64,000 nt of DNA from Chiloscyllium plagiosum (Eukaryota). Made by a program: the position numbers and the translations under genes. The stretch covers positions 6,307,474-6,371,473 of the forward strand of contig NC_057755.1 in the NCBI RefSeq assembly GCF_004010195.1, written 5' to 3'. The notes beneath the pieces are model-generated. The model saw only the letters and a list, made by a program, of their open reading frames with translations. It was not told the origin of the DNA and did not search any database. Positions within the stretch are counted from its first letter, which is position 1; each line of letters starts with the position of its first letter. Of this stretch, positions 12,025 through 24,564 are shown piece after piece.

Positions 12025-12289
12025 TTCTCCAGAAGTGACGTCCCTTGCCGTGAGCTCTTCGAACAGTTGGATTCTTTTAAGGTTTTGGTTCTACTGTTTT
12101 AAACTTTGCCTTGTCTCTCCGTGTGTGGAAATTATCAGTTGAGTCAACACAGAAGCACAGCGCTGACTGATCCTGAAACCAAGATGAGTAAGAACATGCA
12201 AATTGATCAAGACCTCGAATAAACTGGTGGAATGACATAACATTCAGAATTAATGCAGTGCGGCGTAAGGTTTTCCTGCCCATTGAATC

Positions 12290-12530
12290 CACACCAAACC
12301 TTCAAAGAGATCCAAACTAAATCTCGACTACTTTGTCCATGCATTGCCGAATCCGAAGACACTAAGGGCAATTTAGCATGGCCAATCCGTCTACCTTGCA
12401 ATTTTTTGACTGTGGTTGGAAGAGCGAGAATGTGAAGTGTCCATACAGACAGCCACCTGCTCTTGCAAATGAATCCGGATGAGTGCTACTATGAGGTGGC
12501 AGTGCTAACTACTGAGACACAGTACTGCTC
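12290..12530 (-). mobile_element. HE1/V-SINE-like tRNA-derived SINE, degenerate
   Basis: gggcaatttagcatggccaat core plus a tRNA-like head, shared with about 8 other copies in the window. Confidence 0.65.
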
Positions 12531-13664
12531 ACGTGCCTGATTTCCCACCATGAATTTGCAAATCTGCTCTCTCCTATTTTGTTTTCATCAACTTGGCTGT
12601 ACATCCAAATGTCGGCACACGTGTGACGGGAGATCTATTATAGAATCATAATGGAAAGAAGCAATCCTTTAGCCCATCAGGTTTGCCCCTCCAAAGAGAA
12701 ATATCTACCAGTTATATTGATCAATGAAATGCTTACCACTCTGCTGCAGGCAAAATAAAAATACTGTGAATGCTGGAAAGCTGAAATAAGAACTGAACAT
12801 GATCGAGAACATTACATTTTGGTTCAGCTAGATTCTTGTTCAGAAATGCCAGATATATTGAAGTGAAAACCAAGAAGAATCGCTGTTGGACACGAGATAT
12901 TCACTCTGTTTTTCTCACACCATAAATGCTGCTAGACCTGCTGGGTTTCTCCAGCACTTACTGTACCTAGGTACCATTCATTTGTCACCTATTCTATCCA
13001 AGATCAATGCATTGACACTATTTTGTGTGAAACTCCATTTGATCGTTTGATCTGCACTGAAAGCTGCTGCTAACCATTTTACATGTCATCTACATATTTA
13101 CGCCAGATATTTTCAACCATTTTGTGACCAGAGACTATTTAAAGAACACATTTGCACATTAAAAGACTTTTTCATGCAGATAAAGAATTGGACAGTTTTA
13201 ACGATGGAAATACAAAAATAAAAATCCATCGTCATGCACAGCATCACTAAGGAACTGCTGTAAATCTTACATGCAAATTGTCTTCATTTTCTGCCAAATT
13301 TGAAATCCTGGAATTCTGTTTTGTCTCATAGCTTCTGTAGTATGAAACAAAGGTGTGAGAAATGATGGGTGGCCGATGGGAGTGCATGGAGAAATGCGTC
13401 ATAAATTGGAATAGAACACAATTTTGGAAAAGGAAATGATAATCCACAATTACATTTATTGTCGTTGTCATCAAACTGTTCCCCGAGGTTAGAGCTCATA
13501 CAGAAACTGCAGGTCATCAAATGAAATTTCAGGAGAATTGGCTTACATCATGAGATATAACCAAGTGACTTATTACGTTGTGCTGATAAGTGAATGATCA
13601 TCAGAAACTAGAGCATTTCAGTGTTCAGAAAAGGAAAGCAGGGGGACAACTGATTACAATGTAT

Positions 13665-13990
13665 AGAGATAAACAGAACTTGCTGGAGATCTGTAAGTAA
13701 CAGAAGCAGACATTGCTATTAATTAGAAACAATCAAAAGCAGAAATTTCTGGAGAAACATAGCTGGCCTTGCGGGATCCATGGAGAGAGAAACGAAGTTA
13801 ATGTTTGGAGTTCAATGATCCTTCTTCAGGACCTAATCACACGTCACGAATCAATGCAGTGGAAACGTTAACAAATTTTCTCTCTCCACAGATGCTGACA
13901 AACCTGCTGAGTTTCTCAGCATTCTGTGTTTTTGTTTGTTTCAGAAATCCAAGTTCCTTTGTCTTCGTTTTGGTTTCCAATACAGGAACA
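13665..13990. mobile_element. Old Penelope-like terminal fragments in inverted arrangement (similar relics at about 3440-3690, 12750-12965 and 37150-37250)
   Basis: tctctccacagatgctg..acctgctgagttt motif present in both orientations. Confidence 0.55.
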
Positions 13991-14592
13991 TATAAACATT
14001 TTAGAAATTGTAACAGTTTCTGCAGATATGCGAATAGGAAGATATTGGCAATATAACATAGGCTGCTGAATATATAATGAGAAATATGAAAATACAGAAT
14101 TAACAAAACATGATTGTATCTGGCGATAGAATTTCAGCAAAACTTGCTGGCAGAGAAACAATCGACAGAAAAGAGTGAGAACCTTCAAAGCGAAAAGTCA
14201 CAAAGATTTTCTGAGGAAGAGGAAGGTTATCATTGACTTCTCCTCACAAATGCTGCCAGACCTGCTGATCTTATTCAACAGTTTCTATCTTTGTTTCTGA
14301 CAAGGATATTTGATTGCCTTCGACTGAAACATTGAATGCAATAGATCCAATGTTGCTGACCATACGAAACCATGTGGGAAAATATGTATTAAGAAGGAAC
14401 CATTGTTGCTGCAATTGGATACAATGGACAGATTTCTTTGTATGGTTAGAGTAAGCCAAATGTACGCTCGTGTGAAGATATTAACTCTGTGGGAATTAAA
14501 AATAAAACATCAAAGCAGAGCGTAGTTTAATGTGAGACAATACTCAATGTACTGACGCAGAGCACATGAACTGCAATGGGTCTGGAAGACAA

Positions 14593-15500
14593 AGAACAAA
14601 TAACAAAGAAAATATACAACCCAGGAACAAGCCATTCAGCGCTCCAAGCCTGTGACGATCCAAACCTACTGTCTAAATCTGTCGCCCAATTCCTAAGCAT
14701 CTGTATCTCTCTGCTCCCCACCTACTCATGCAACTGTCCAGAAGCATCTTAAATGAATCTACCGTGCCGGCTTCTACACCTCTGCTGGCAACACATTCCA
14801 CTACCATCTGTATGAAGTAATTGCCGTGTGTATCCCCCTTAAACTTTCCACCTCTCACCTTGAAAGCGTGACCTCTCGTTATTGAATACTTAACCCTGGG
14901 GAAAAGCGTGTATCTATCCACCCTATCTGTACCCTTTGTGATTTTGTAAACCTCAATCAGGATTCCCCTCAATCTCCTTTTTCATAATGAAAACAACCCT
15001 AACCTACTCAGCCTCTCGTCATAGCTAACACTTTCCATACCAGACAATATCCTCGTAAACTTTCTTTGCACTCTCTCCAAAGCGTCCACATCCTATTGGT
15101 AATGTGGCGACCAGAACTGTACGCAGTATTCTAAATGTGGATGAACCACGTGTTATACAATTTGAACATGACTTGCCAGCTCTTTTATTCAATATCCTGT
15201 CCAATGAAGGCAAGCATACTATATGCTTTTTGACAATTCAATCCACCTGTGTAGCAACCTTCAGGGAACAATGGACCTACACTCCCAGCTCTCTCTGCCC
15301 ATCAACTTTTCCCAAGGCTCTTCCATTCATTGTATAATTCGCTCTAGAAATGGTCTTGCATAAATGCATCACCTCACATTTGTTTGGACTGAAATCCATC
15401 TGCCACTTTTCCGCCCAACTCTCCAGTCTATCTATATCCTACTGTATTCTTTGAAAGTACCTTATGCTTTCTGCTACTCCACAAATCTACGTGTCATCTG
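14593..15500 (-). mobile_element. 5'-truncated CR1 LINE with a 6-bp TSD (agacaa)
   Basis: RGILIEVYKI and TRGHAFKVRGGKFKGD fragments. agacaa occurs at 14587-14592 and 15501-15506. Confidence 0.9.
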
Positions 15501-18500
15501 AGACAACTCACCTGTAATCTGTCAAGGGGCATTTGGGTATGAACAATTAATGGTGGTCCAGCCAGTGACACGCGAAATGACCCAATTTCCTGGTAAACAT
15601 GTATTTACTTTATTATGCAGCAGTTCCCGTTGATGAATCATACTCTGTGCTCGTTGTCTCCCCCATCTTGTGAGCGCTGTGTGTGCAGCTCCTATCTGCA
15701 GTGTTTTAATTACCACATCATTTGTATATTGACAGTCTGTCTCTCTGCAATAAATGCTAGCCTAGCCAGTAACAAATATTCTCAAAGAAGAAAATGGATC
15801 ATAAAAAGCCAATTGCTGAAGGAATGGTCGCTATTCACTTTGAGGGTTCTCACTCTATTTTCTGTCGATTGTTTCCCTGTCGGCAAGTTTTACTAAAATT
15901 TTATATCCAGGTACAAATTGCTTTCATTAATTCCATATTTTCATGTTTGGACATGTTTCAAGCCTCAGAAAATGTTAAACGTTGGACATTAGGAAAAGCA
16001 GCTCAGATATTAATGTACCCTGTATTTATCATGTAAGATAGATTTGAGGCGATATGCCAGTTTTAAAAATTAAGAAGACTGAGGAAATTGTAAGAAAATG
16101 GAGGAGTGAACCACGTTGCAGTGAGTCGCGTGGCTTATATACGCCAGACCATGTAAGGACGGCAGTTTCTTTCATTAAAAGGTATTAATGAACATTAAAA
16201 GTTTTTGTTTTAATTTGACGGTTGTGACATCAGATTCTAAATTCCAGACTTTCTCTTTTTTCTAATAGAAACAATTTAATTCAAACATCAACTTGAAATT
16301 TAAGCCCAGGTCGCCGTCTCGATGTATAGATGTAGATTTAATAGCACGAGGCCATCAACTTGAGTTGGCTGAGCTTCAGAGATGAAACATCAGAGCCACT
16401 TAACACTCCATTTCCCCTCTCAACATCGCCTCCTCAAGGTCATAGTGATGCACACTATATGGCGATTATCATACAAGTCTTAACCACTCCCCGTCATCTG
16501 GTGCAACCATTTGTCATTACATTGAAGCTGCACTTCCTGAAGGGCAGCAGAAAATAAGAGCAGCTTTCACTTGTTGTGTTGGTGGCACCATCTTTCGGGC
16601 AATGTCACCGAATAAGGCTATGGTGTACTGTGCATGGATTGATTGTCAACAGTCAAAAACGATAAAGAAAGGATTTATTTCAAAAGAATGATTTGCCTGA
16701 AAACCATTTGGAGAACTTTAGGTTGCACGTTATCTATGCAAATGCAAACTGTTTCTTGCTTTTAAGAAACATCTGCTATTTTTAACAGCAATAGAGCTGT
16801 GGTTCAGATCTGAAAATAAGAAATCAGTCGACTGAAAAGGTCTTAGTGACAATCTTTCGACAGTCTTTGCCCAGTATCATCAGGTTGAGTTGAATAATCA
16901 GAATCACTTTTTTTTTAACTGTGTGTTGAAATCAGTTTCTTTAAAAAAAACTTCCCCTCTGTTCCTGTCAAGATCCTGGTGTCCAGTTTAAAATAGCCTA
17001 TCGTTTGAACAATCATTTCTCCTGCGTGCTTTGCCAGATAAGGATTACACCAGTGCAAGCTTTGTTGTTAACTGGTGCTGAATGTGGTCAATGTGTGAAG
17101 CTCAGAATAACAGAAAGAAGGTGGTTCTTCGCCTATTGCGTTAAAAAAAGACGTTCACAGGATGTGTATACTCAACCTGAAACTCTGTAAAGAGTTCTGC
17201 TTCTTTTTTTCTGAAATGGAGAAAATATGTGAAATAATGTTTTTCATGATCCATTATTGTCGAAGTGTCAAAAATATCCACAGCATTTTAATTGGCACGG
17301 AATTTTGGGTTAGTTCACGTTTTAACACCCTGTTCTGAATCAGACCCCTCTCAAGCACACATGTCCATGATCCTCAATTTTGTTAGGCCCAATCGACTCA
17401 CCTTTCAAAATTTGATCTGCAGTGGAAGCCAAAACGTGCACGGTATCGTATTCACTCTTCAAAATGAAACATACTGGAACACTGCATCAGACGTTCACTT
17501 TAGTTTAATTCAAGTTAAGGACAATTTGATTACTTCTCATTGCTCAACTCTCTGTCGCCTTCTCTCTTTATCTTGCACTTCCTTTGCAGAGGTCACACAC
17601 TTATTTCCTTCCTGAAAAACCTTGCCTGTATTTTTCTCTCTCTCTTTCTCTCTCGGTTGGTATAGTCTTCTCTCTCCTCCTGTCTCTCATCCAAACATTT
17701 TCTCATTCCCCATTTTAGTTTTCTCCATCATTTCTTTACCTGGTATATTTTAATTTCCTCCACTCTCTTCAGCTTCTTCCCGTTATGCTGTTTTCCCCAT
17801 TCCTCCTCTTTCTCACTGTGTCTTAAATGCTTTCTCATTTCCATGGGATTCATAAATTATTGTGCACAGCTTTGATCACTCACTTGAGAAAGTCTAAGAT
17901 TATATCAGCTGCCGTTCAGAGAGGATTTACTGAATTAATCACTGGGAAGAATAGATTGACTTAAGAGGAAAGGTGGCTAAAAATGGTCTGAATCCATGAG
18001 AGTTTAGAGGTGATTCTTTTCAAACATGAAGCAATCGGATTGGGAGTTGACAGGGTTAATTCCGTGAAATTGATTCCCCAGCAAGTAAGAAACTGTAGCT
18101 TGGATCTCCCAATTCAGAAGATAGGAGGGGAACTTATTTTCTGTCAGTGGGGCATCAGTGGTATATATATCTTTCGTGGTGAACAATGGAGTTATTCAAC
18201 ATCTTTGAGACAGTTGCGAGAGATTCCTGCACTGCTTGCTTGAGCGTCATTAATTTTCAATCTCTCAATCTGTGTCTCTGGTTTTCCTGTACTACTTTTG
18301 TCATTTGAGATTCATTTTCTTGCTTTCTTTCATTTTATTCTGACCTGCCCTTTTGAATTGCAGATCGTGTCGATTTGGCTAAATCCTCATCGAAATTTCA
18401 AAAACACCAAAACCCCATTTTACTCACCACCTTATCTCCAGCTCCGCCTCAGCTGTCAACATTGCCCAAATTCTGAACTCACCAGCACGTGGAACTGCGA

Positions 18501-18669
18501 GTAATCTCAGGTCTGTCCTATAATTTTGCGGCGAGCTCCCCAAATTGACGAGAATGTCAATCCTATTCTGATCTGTATTTTTGGTTAAAATGAATACCCC
18601 GGATTACCGCACTATGAATGTGAGGATGCAAGGTTCAAGAACTGTCCACAGATGCTTCAAAAGCAGCAT

Positions 18670-19385
18670 ATGGCCAAGTGTTATTGCCACTTAGCTATTA
18701 ATCTAGAGATCCAACTCCTGTACTGTGGATGCGGGTTCAAATACGCCATGACTGATGAGGAATATTTATTCAATCAAAACTTGCACGTAAATGTCTAGTG
18801 GTGACCATTGATGAGAACATAGAACATAGAACATAGAAGAATACAGCGCAGTACAGGCCCTTTGGCCCTCGATGTTGCGCCGATCCAAGCCCACCTCTAA
18901 TTATCTTGTACACCTCTATCAAGTCACCCTTAAACCTTCTTTTCTCTAATGAAAACAGCCCCAAGTGTCTCAGTCTTTCCTCATACGATCTTCCTTCCAT
19001 ATCAGGCAACATCCTGGTAAACCTCCTCTGCACCCGTTCCAGTGCCTCCACATCTTTCCTATAGTATGGCGACCAAAACTGCACACAATATTCCAGATGC
19101 GGCCGCACCAGAGTCTTATACAACTGCATCATGACCTCAGGACTCCGGAACTCAATTCCTCTACCAATAAAAGCCAGAATTCTTAGTGATCTTTTGGGAA
19201 GGGGACTTCCATCCTTCCCTGGTCAGGCCTACATGTGACCCCCAACAAAATGGCCGATTCTCAGGTGCCTTCTTGGTAATTAGCAATGGACAATGAATTC
19301 TGGACCAGTGGTGCTGGAAGAGCACAGCAATTCAGGCAGCATCCAACGAGCAGCGAATTCTGGACACCAAATCCGGTCAATCAAT
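18670..19385 (+). mobile_element. tRNA-derived SINE of a second family, split by a CR1 insertion (related copies at about 16130-16360, 19620-19760, 22515-22650 and 23225-23450)
   Basis: B-box-like gggttcaaat at about 18733 and core gggaagg..ccatcctt..ctggtcaggcctacatgtgac. The resemblance to MER131/MetaSINE-type cores is from memory only. Confidence 0.55.
18814..19178 (-). mobile_element. Young 5'-truncated CR1 3' fragment with an (AGAACAT)n tail and an internal deletion
   Basis: Uninterrupted LYKTLVRPHLEYCVQFWSPYYRKDVEALERVQRRFTRM, with tail repeats at 18814-18837. Confidence 0.92.
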
Positions 19386-19799
19386 TAAAGAATGTGGGTT
19401 GCAGCATCTAAATTCGTGTTGTAGGATGGAAAGATTCGACAAAGTGCTGGTTCAGTGATAGTAAAGATGACGTCGTAAAGTCTCATGGCCGACAGACAGG
19501 CGTGTAAGTCTCCTTATGCAGGTCGTAGACGTTTAAATTCAAGTAGGTGAAAATCTCATCGTAAGTCGCTGCTGGCATGTCAATGGAAAATAAACAAATG
19601 GCTCTCTTATTCTATTTGCAGATTGAAAGCTGTCATCCTGACTTGGTCTGACCTTCATGTGAATCCAAACTTGGTTCAATGTGATAAAGTCTGAACTGCA
19701 CTCTGGATAAGAAATGCTGGCCTAGAAAATAACACCCACCTCACATGATTGAAGTGATAATCTTGAATTTCAAACACAGAAGATATCAAGAAGGTTCTT

Positions 19800-20860
19800 C
19801 AGTTTTACAATATACAACAGGAGCTTAGGCCCCATTGCTCCATGCCAGTCAACAAGCCGATCTGCACAATTCCAATTGCAGCAATTGGTCTATAGCCTTC
19901 TTTGCTATAGCACTTCAACTAATCATCAAAATACTTCATGAATTCTGTGATAGTTCCCGTCACCATTATCTGTTCAAGCAGTGCGCTCAGGATACCTCTC
20001 ACCTTCGGGGCGGAAAAAGAACCTGCGAAGTCTCCTTAACCACTTTGCATGTACCTTGAATCCAAGTCCCCTGATTATTGATCTCTCAGTGGAATGAAAT
20101 GAATCTTTTTTAATCTGTACATGCTGCTTATAACACTCAATCTGGTGCCCCTAACTCCCTAGCTCTTCCTGCTCAAAGGTAAACGACCCCAGTTATATAG
20201 AGCTTTTGCAGCGTAGACAGTCTGTGTCCACAGCTGAAAGGTTTCATTCCAGGAAATGTCGTAGTGAATATATTCTGCAACCTATCCAGTGGTTTCACAT
20301 GCTCCACATAGTGAGTCGAAGAGAATTGCACCCAATACTAGGATTTGGGATGTCACATTGTGTCTGTACAGGACATTGATGTGATCACGTTTAGAATAAC
20401 CGTGTACAATACTGATCGCCCTTTGACAGGAAAGATATTGTTAACATTGAGATAGTACACAAATGATTTACAATAATGTTGCCAGGTATGGAGGGTTCGA
20501 ATTAGAGGGAGAGGCTGAATAGTTTCCCCTGGAGTGCAGGAGACTGAGGGGTGACTTTATAGATTTTGGTAAGATTAAGTGGGCCATGGATAGCGTACAT
20601 AGCCAAAGTGTTTTTCCTCAGGTGAGTGAGTCCAAAGTAGAGGGCAAAGGTAAACGTTGAGAGAGCAAACATTTGCAAACGACCTGAGGGGTAACCTTTT
20701 TACATAGAGGTTAGTGGGTACGTGTAATTATCTGCCAGACATACTGATGGAGGCGGGTACAATTAGAACAATTCAAAGGCATCTGCATGGGTTCGGAGGG
20801 ATATGGGCAAACTGATAGCAAAAGAGTGGAGATGAATTGAAGTTATCTGACTGGTATGGA
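19800..20860. mobile_element. Two old CR1 3' fragments back to back (minus about 19800-20340, plus about 20345-20860)
   Basis: Degenerate ORF2 C-terminal motifs (ggagactgaggggtgactttatag, agagggcaaagg). Confidence 0.65.
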
Positions 20861-20865
20861 TGGAT

Positions 20866-21195
20866 TTAGAATTAATGTAGAAACAGACCCATCGGCCCAA
20901 CAAATCCACACCGACCCTCTGAAGACTATCCCATCCAAACACATTACTCTGCTTTTACCCCAGACTAATGCCACTTGCCTACACATCCCTGAACATTATG
21001 AGCAACTTAGCATGGCCAATTCACCTAACCTGGACATCTTGGAGTGTGGAAGGAAACCGGATCACCCAGACAAAACCCACGCAGACACAGGGCGAATGTG
21101 CAAACTCCACGCAGACAGTCGGTCGAGGCTGGAATCAAACTCGGGTCCCTGGTGCTGTGAAGCAGCAGTACTAAGCATTTAGCCACAATGCCATT
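20866..21195 (-). mobile_element. HE1/V-SINE-like SINE
   Basis: Reverse complement reads gtggctaaatgcttagtactgctgcttcacagcaccagggacccgagtttgattcc, then gtggagtttgcacatt, then aggtgaattggccatgctaa, and ends in a CR1-like tail. Confidence 0.85.
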
Positions 21196-22894
21196 TTACT
21201 TCTGAGGCTGCGATATTCTACGTGAATTTTCATTTTTTGCATGTTCTCCGTTGTCTCTTCTATCCTTTGCGCTCTCTGGAAACCAGAACTGTGCAGAATA
21301 ACCTTTAGGTTACACAGAATCGGAACAGACAATGGTAACTCTCCGTGCAAAATGTGGATGGGAACCTCATGTCATAGTGTGAAATAGAGACTGGACCTTT
21401 ACACAGGAGCTCCCAGGGAAACCTTGACAAGTTCACTGTAACTTCCTTGATTATTGTTCCACTCCTCTAGAAATGAACTCCAGAGTTTCCATTTTTGTAA
21501 CATCCATCTTAGCCCACATTACAATCATTAGCAATCCGCATCTCGCTAACACACAAGGACAAGTCCTTCAATCTTTATCCCCAATTCTATTCAAACTGAC
21601 TGCCCAAACAGGATGCGTCTTCAACGGTCTCACAGCCCCACCAAAACGTACTCCTGCCTGGTCAACTCCGACTCCAAGACTCCTCCTACATTTCCAAACG
21701 CATTCCCCAGTGGAAGACCATTTCAGACAGGTAGTCAAACCAATAGCTGGCTCACTTGTTGAGCTGTACTAATTGCGGCCTAGCAGAACCTTGATACTGC
21801 TGCAGGAAGCAATGACTCAGACCCAGGAAACCCCCGGCAATTCTGACCCTGCATTGAGCGATGTTGGCAGAAACAACAGGCCACTCTCCCCACTCCTCAC
21901 CGCTCTCTCCTTTTCCACAATTGGACCAAAGATGCAGTTTCCATGTGACATGATTTTATGACTCTACTCCAGTTGTGGCCCAGTTAATTTCTTTGAAAAA
22001 AAACTCTCTTGTTGTAAATAATGTCTTAACTCGTAATGACAAGTATCTTCTAGGCCTTGCTAATCCTCTTTTTCACTTCCTTTTTGCGAACAAGTACATG
22101 TGAAGTGCCCAGCCAGTTCACTCTGACCGTCTGGACTTCATAGAGTCTTAATTATTCATCAAGTACTGTGCCCCCTTGTCCATCCTCCCAATTGCACCAG
22201 GTGACGATTTTCACGATTGCCAATATGCTGTCAGTTGAAGTCATTCGAACTTGTTATTTCTTATGAAAACAGTTTCAAGTGTTCTGTCAGCTTACTCACC
22301 AAACTTCCTCCACTTATTAATATACACTGCAAACACCATCCATGGTGATGTCTGTTTCCATGCAATCCTCTATGTGTTTCTTGACGCCTGGTCTCCTTCA
22401 ATTTCACACTCCATCATATCTACGCTTCACCTGCTAAGCTCAAATTGGTCTTTATGTCACACTTAGTTTGAAATAACCAATGCCATGGGCGATAGTTTGG
22501 GTTGATTTTTTTTTTTCAATTCATTCATAGGCTATTGGCGCCATTGGCCAGTCAATCATTTTTTGGCCATTGCTGTGGGTCTACAGTTAAAGAATCCAGG
22601 ACTTGAGGTGAATTTATTTACTATCTGGAGTCAAGTCTCTGAGCTGGCTGGAGACTAGGTTGTGGTGTGGACTGGATTGGAAATGTTATTGGTTTGAACA
22701 TTCTATTTCTCTATTTTCTACTTTACTCATGTGATCTATAATGTTGTACATTTCATATACTTATTTTTGTTCTTTTTCTAACAACTTGCAGTGCAGAAAC
22801 TATACCTTGTACCTAAGATGAGATCGCAAGTGGTGACTTGTAAGTATTTCATTGTAATTATATATGTACAATTGACAACAAGCCTAATGCTAAT

Positions 22895-23215
22895 TCGAGA
22901 AGTGATATCGTTCAGAGGGAGGCAATTCGGCCCATGTGCACTGTACCAACACCTCAAAGAGCACTCACCTAATCCCTGTAATCTTGCATTTCCAATTACT
23001 AAACTACCACGTCTGCACATCCCAGTACCTCCGGCAATTTAACATAGCCAATCGGCATAATTTGCTCATCTTTGGATGCTGAGTAGAAACCAGAGCACGC
23101 AGTGCAAAACGACACAGACACAGGGAAAATGTGCAAACTCCACATGGACCGAGGCGGGAATCAAACCTGGATCCCTGACGCTGAGAGGCTGCAGTGATAA
23201 TTACTGAGCCACCCT
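22895..23215 (-). mobile_element. HE1/V-SINE-like SINE
   Basis: A-box ggtggctcagt, B-box ggtttgattcc and the gtggagtttgcacat core. Confidence 0.8.
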
Positions 23216-23456
23216 TGTCACAGAGTTGCATGATCCAGTAAGGATGGCAGATTTTCTTCCCTAAAGAGGCAGATATTATCTCACTTAACAATGAATTCAT
23301 GATCAGCATTAGACACATAATTCTAAAGTTCCTTGAATTCAAATTGAAATTCCTGAAATGGTGGAATTCGAGCTCAGACCCCGAGAACATTATTGAGTTT
23401 TCTGGATAAACAGTCCAGCAATAATACTACTTAACAATTGTGCCGCCTCAAGTACT

Positions 23457-24334
23457 GGGAGATAGTGAAGATTGCTAATGCTGGAGATCGAAGGTGTTGG
23501 GAAAGCACAGCTGGTCAGGCAGCATCCGAGGAGCTGGAGAATCGATATTTTGAGCATAAGCTCTTTATTTGGAATGAGGCTTGTGGGCCAAGAGTGCAAA
23601 GAGCTGGCGGGGTTGTGGGGGGGGGGGGGGAAATATAGTTGAGCATGCGATTTGTAGATGGATGTCGGAAAAACGTGATAGATCAGAGAGGAAGGTGGAG
23701 TGGATATTTCGGAAGGAAAATGGACGGGTAGGACAAGTAAAGAAGGCAGTGCCGAGTTCGCAAAGTGGAAGATGAGGCGTTCTTCCACCAGGTATTGGGT
23801 GGCAAGACTTTGGTGATGGAGGAGGCCCAGGACCTGGGGGAGTGGGAGGGGGAGTTAAAGAGGGGCATACGCTCTGTGCCCTAACACTTTTTCTCTTCCT
23901 CCCACTCTACCAAGGGCACGCAGGTTTTGGGCCTCCTCCAGCGCCAAGCCCTTTCCACCTGACGCCTGGAGGAAGAACGCCTCACATTCTGCCGTAATGC
24001 CCTACAACCACATGGGACCACTGTGTATTTCACTACTTTTCTCATTTCCTCTCCACTCACCTTACCCTAGATCCAATTTTCCAAGTTGGCTCCGCCTCTT
24101 GACCTGTTCTACGTCTCTATCTGCCCTCCCACATCTCCGAAATATCTCCTTCACCCACACTCCTATCCACCTATCTCATTCTCAAATACCTTTCCCCCAG
24201 CCCCACCCCCCTCCCATTTATCTTTCAACCAGCTTGGCTCATTGTTGATGGAAACCTTAGGCTTGAAATGTCAATTCTCCTGCTCCTCGATGCTGGCTGA
24301 CACGCTGTGTTTTTCCAGCACCACACTCTCGATT
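23457..24334. mobile_element. Penelope-like element relic: two inverted 3' halves with the GIY-YIG endonuclease C-terminus, and an ~11-bp TSD
   Basis: FNSPSHSP and EERLIF peptides on the minus strand, and RLEEERLTF..LQPHG on the plus strand. Flanks are cctcaagtact (23446-23456) and cctcaaatact (24337-24347). Confidence 0.82.
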
Positions 24335-24564
24335 CACCTCAAATACTAATTGGGGAAGCAGATACTCTCAATGGGAGCCCAGGATCCGATGGCACCTTGT
24401 GCTCTTATAGCCACTGTATATATGCAGTGAGTCCAGTTGAGTTTCTATTCATTAATAGACAAAAAAGAAATTTCTTGAAATAGTCAGCAGGTGTGGCAGC
24501 CTCGGAGGAGAGAAATCAGAGGTAACGTTTCAGGTTGATTTACACTTCCTCAGAACCTTTTTCG

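Noticed and set aside
20866..21195. tRNA genes suggested by A-box and B-box motifs
   Set aside because: These are SINE heads followed by the SINE core and tail; no cloverleaf.
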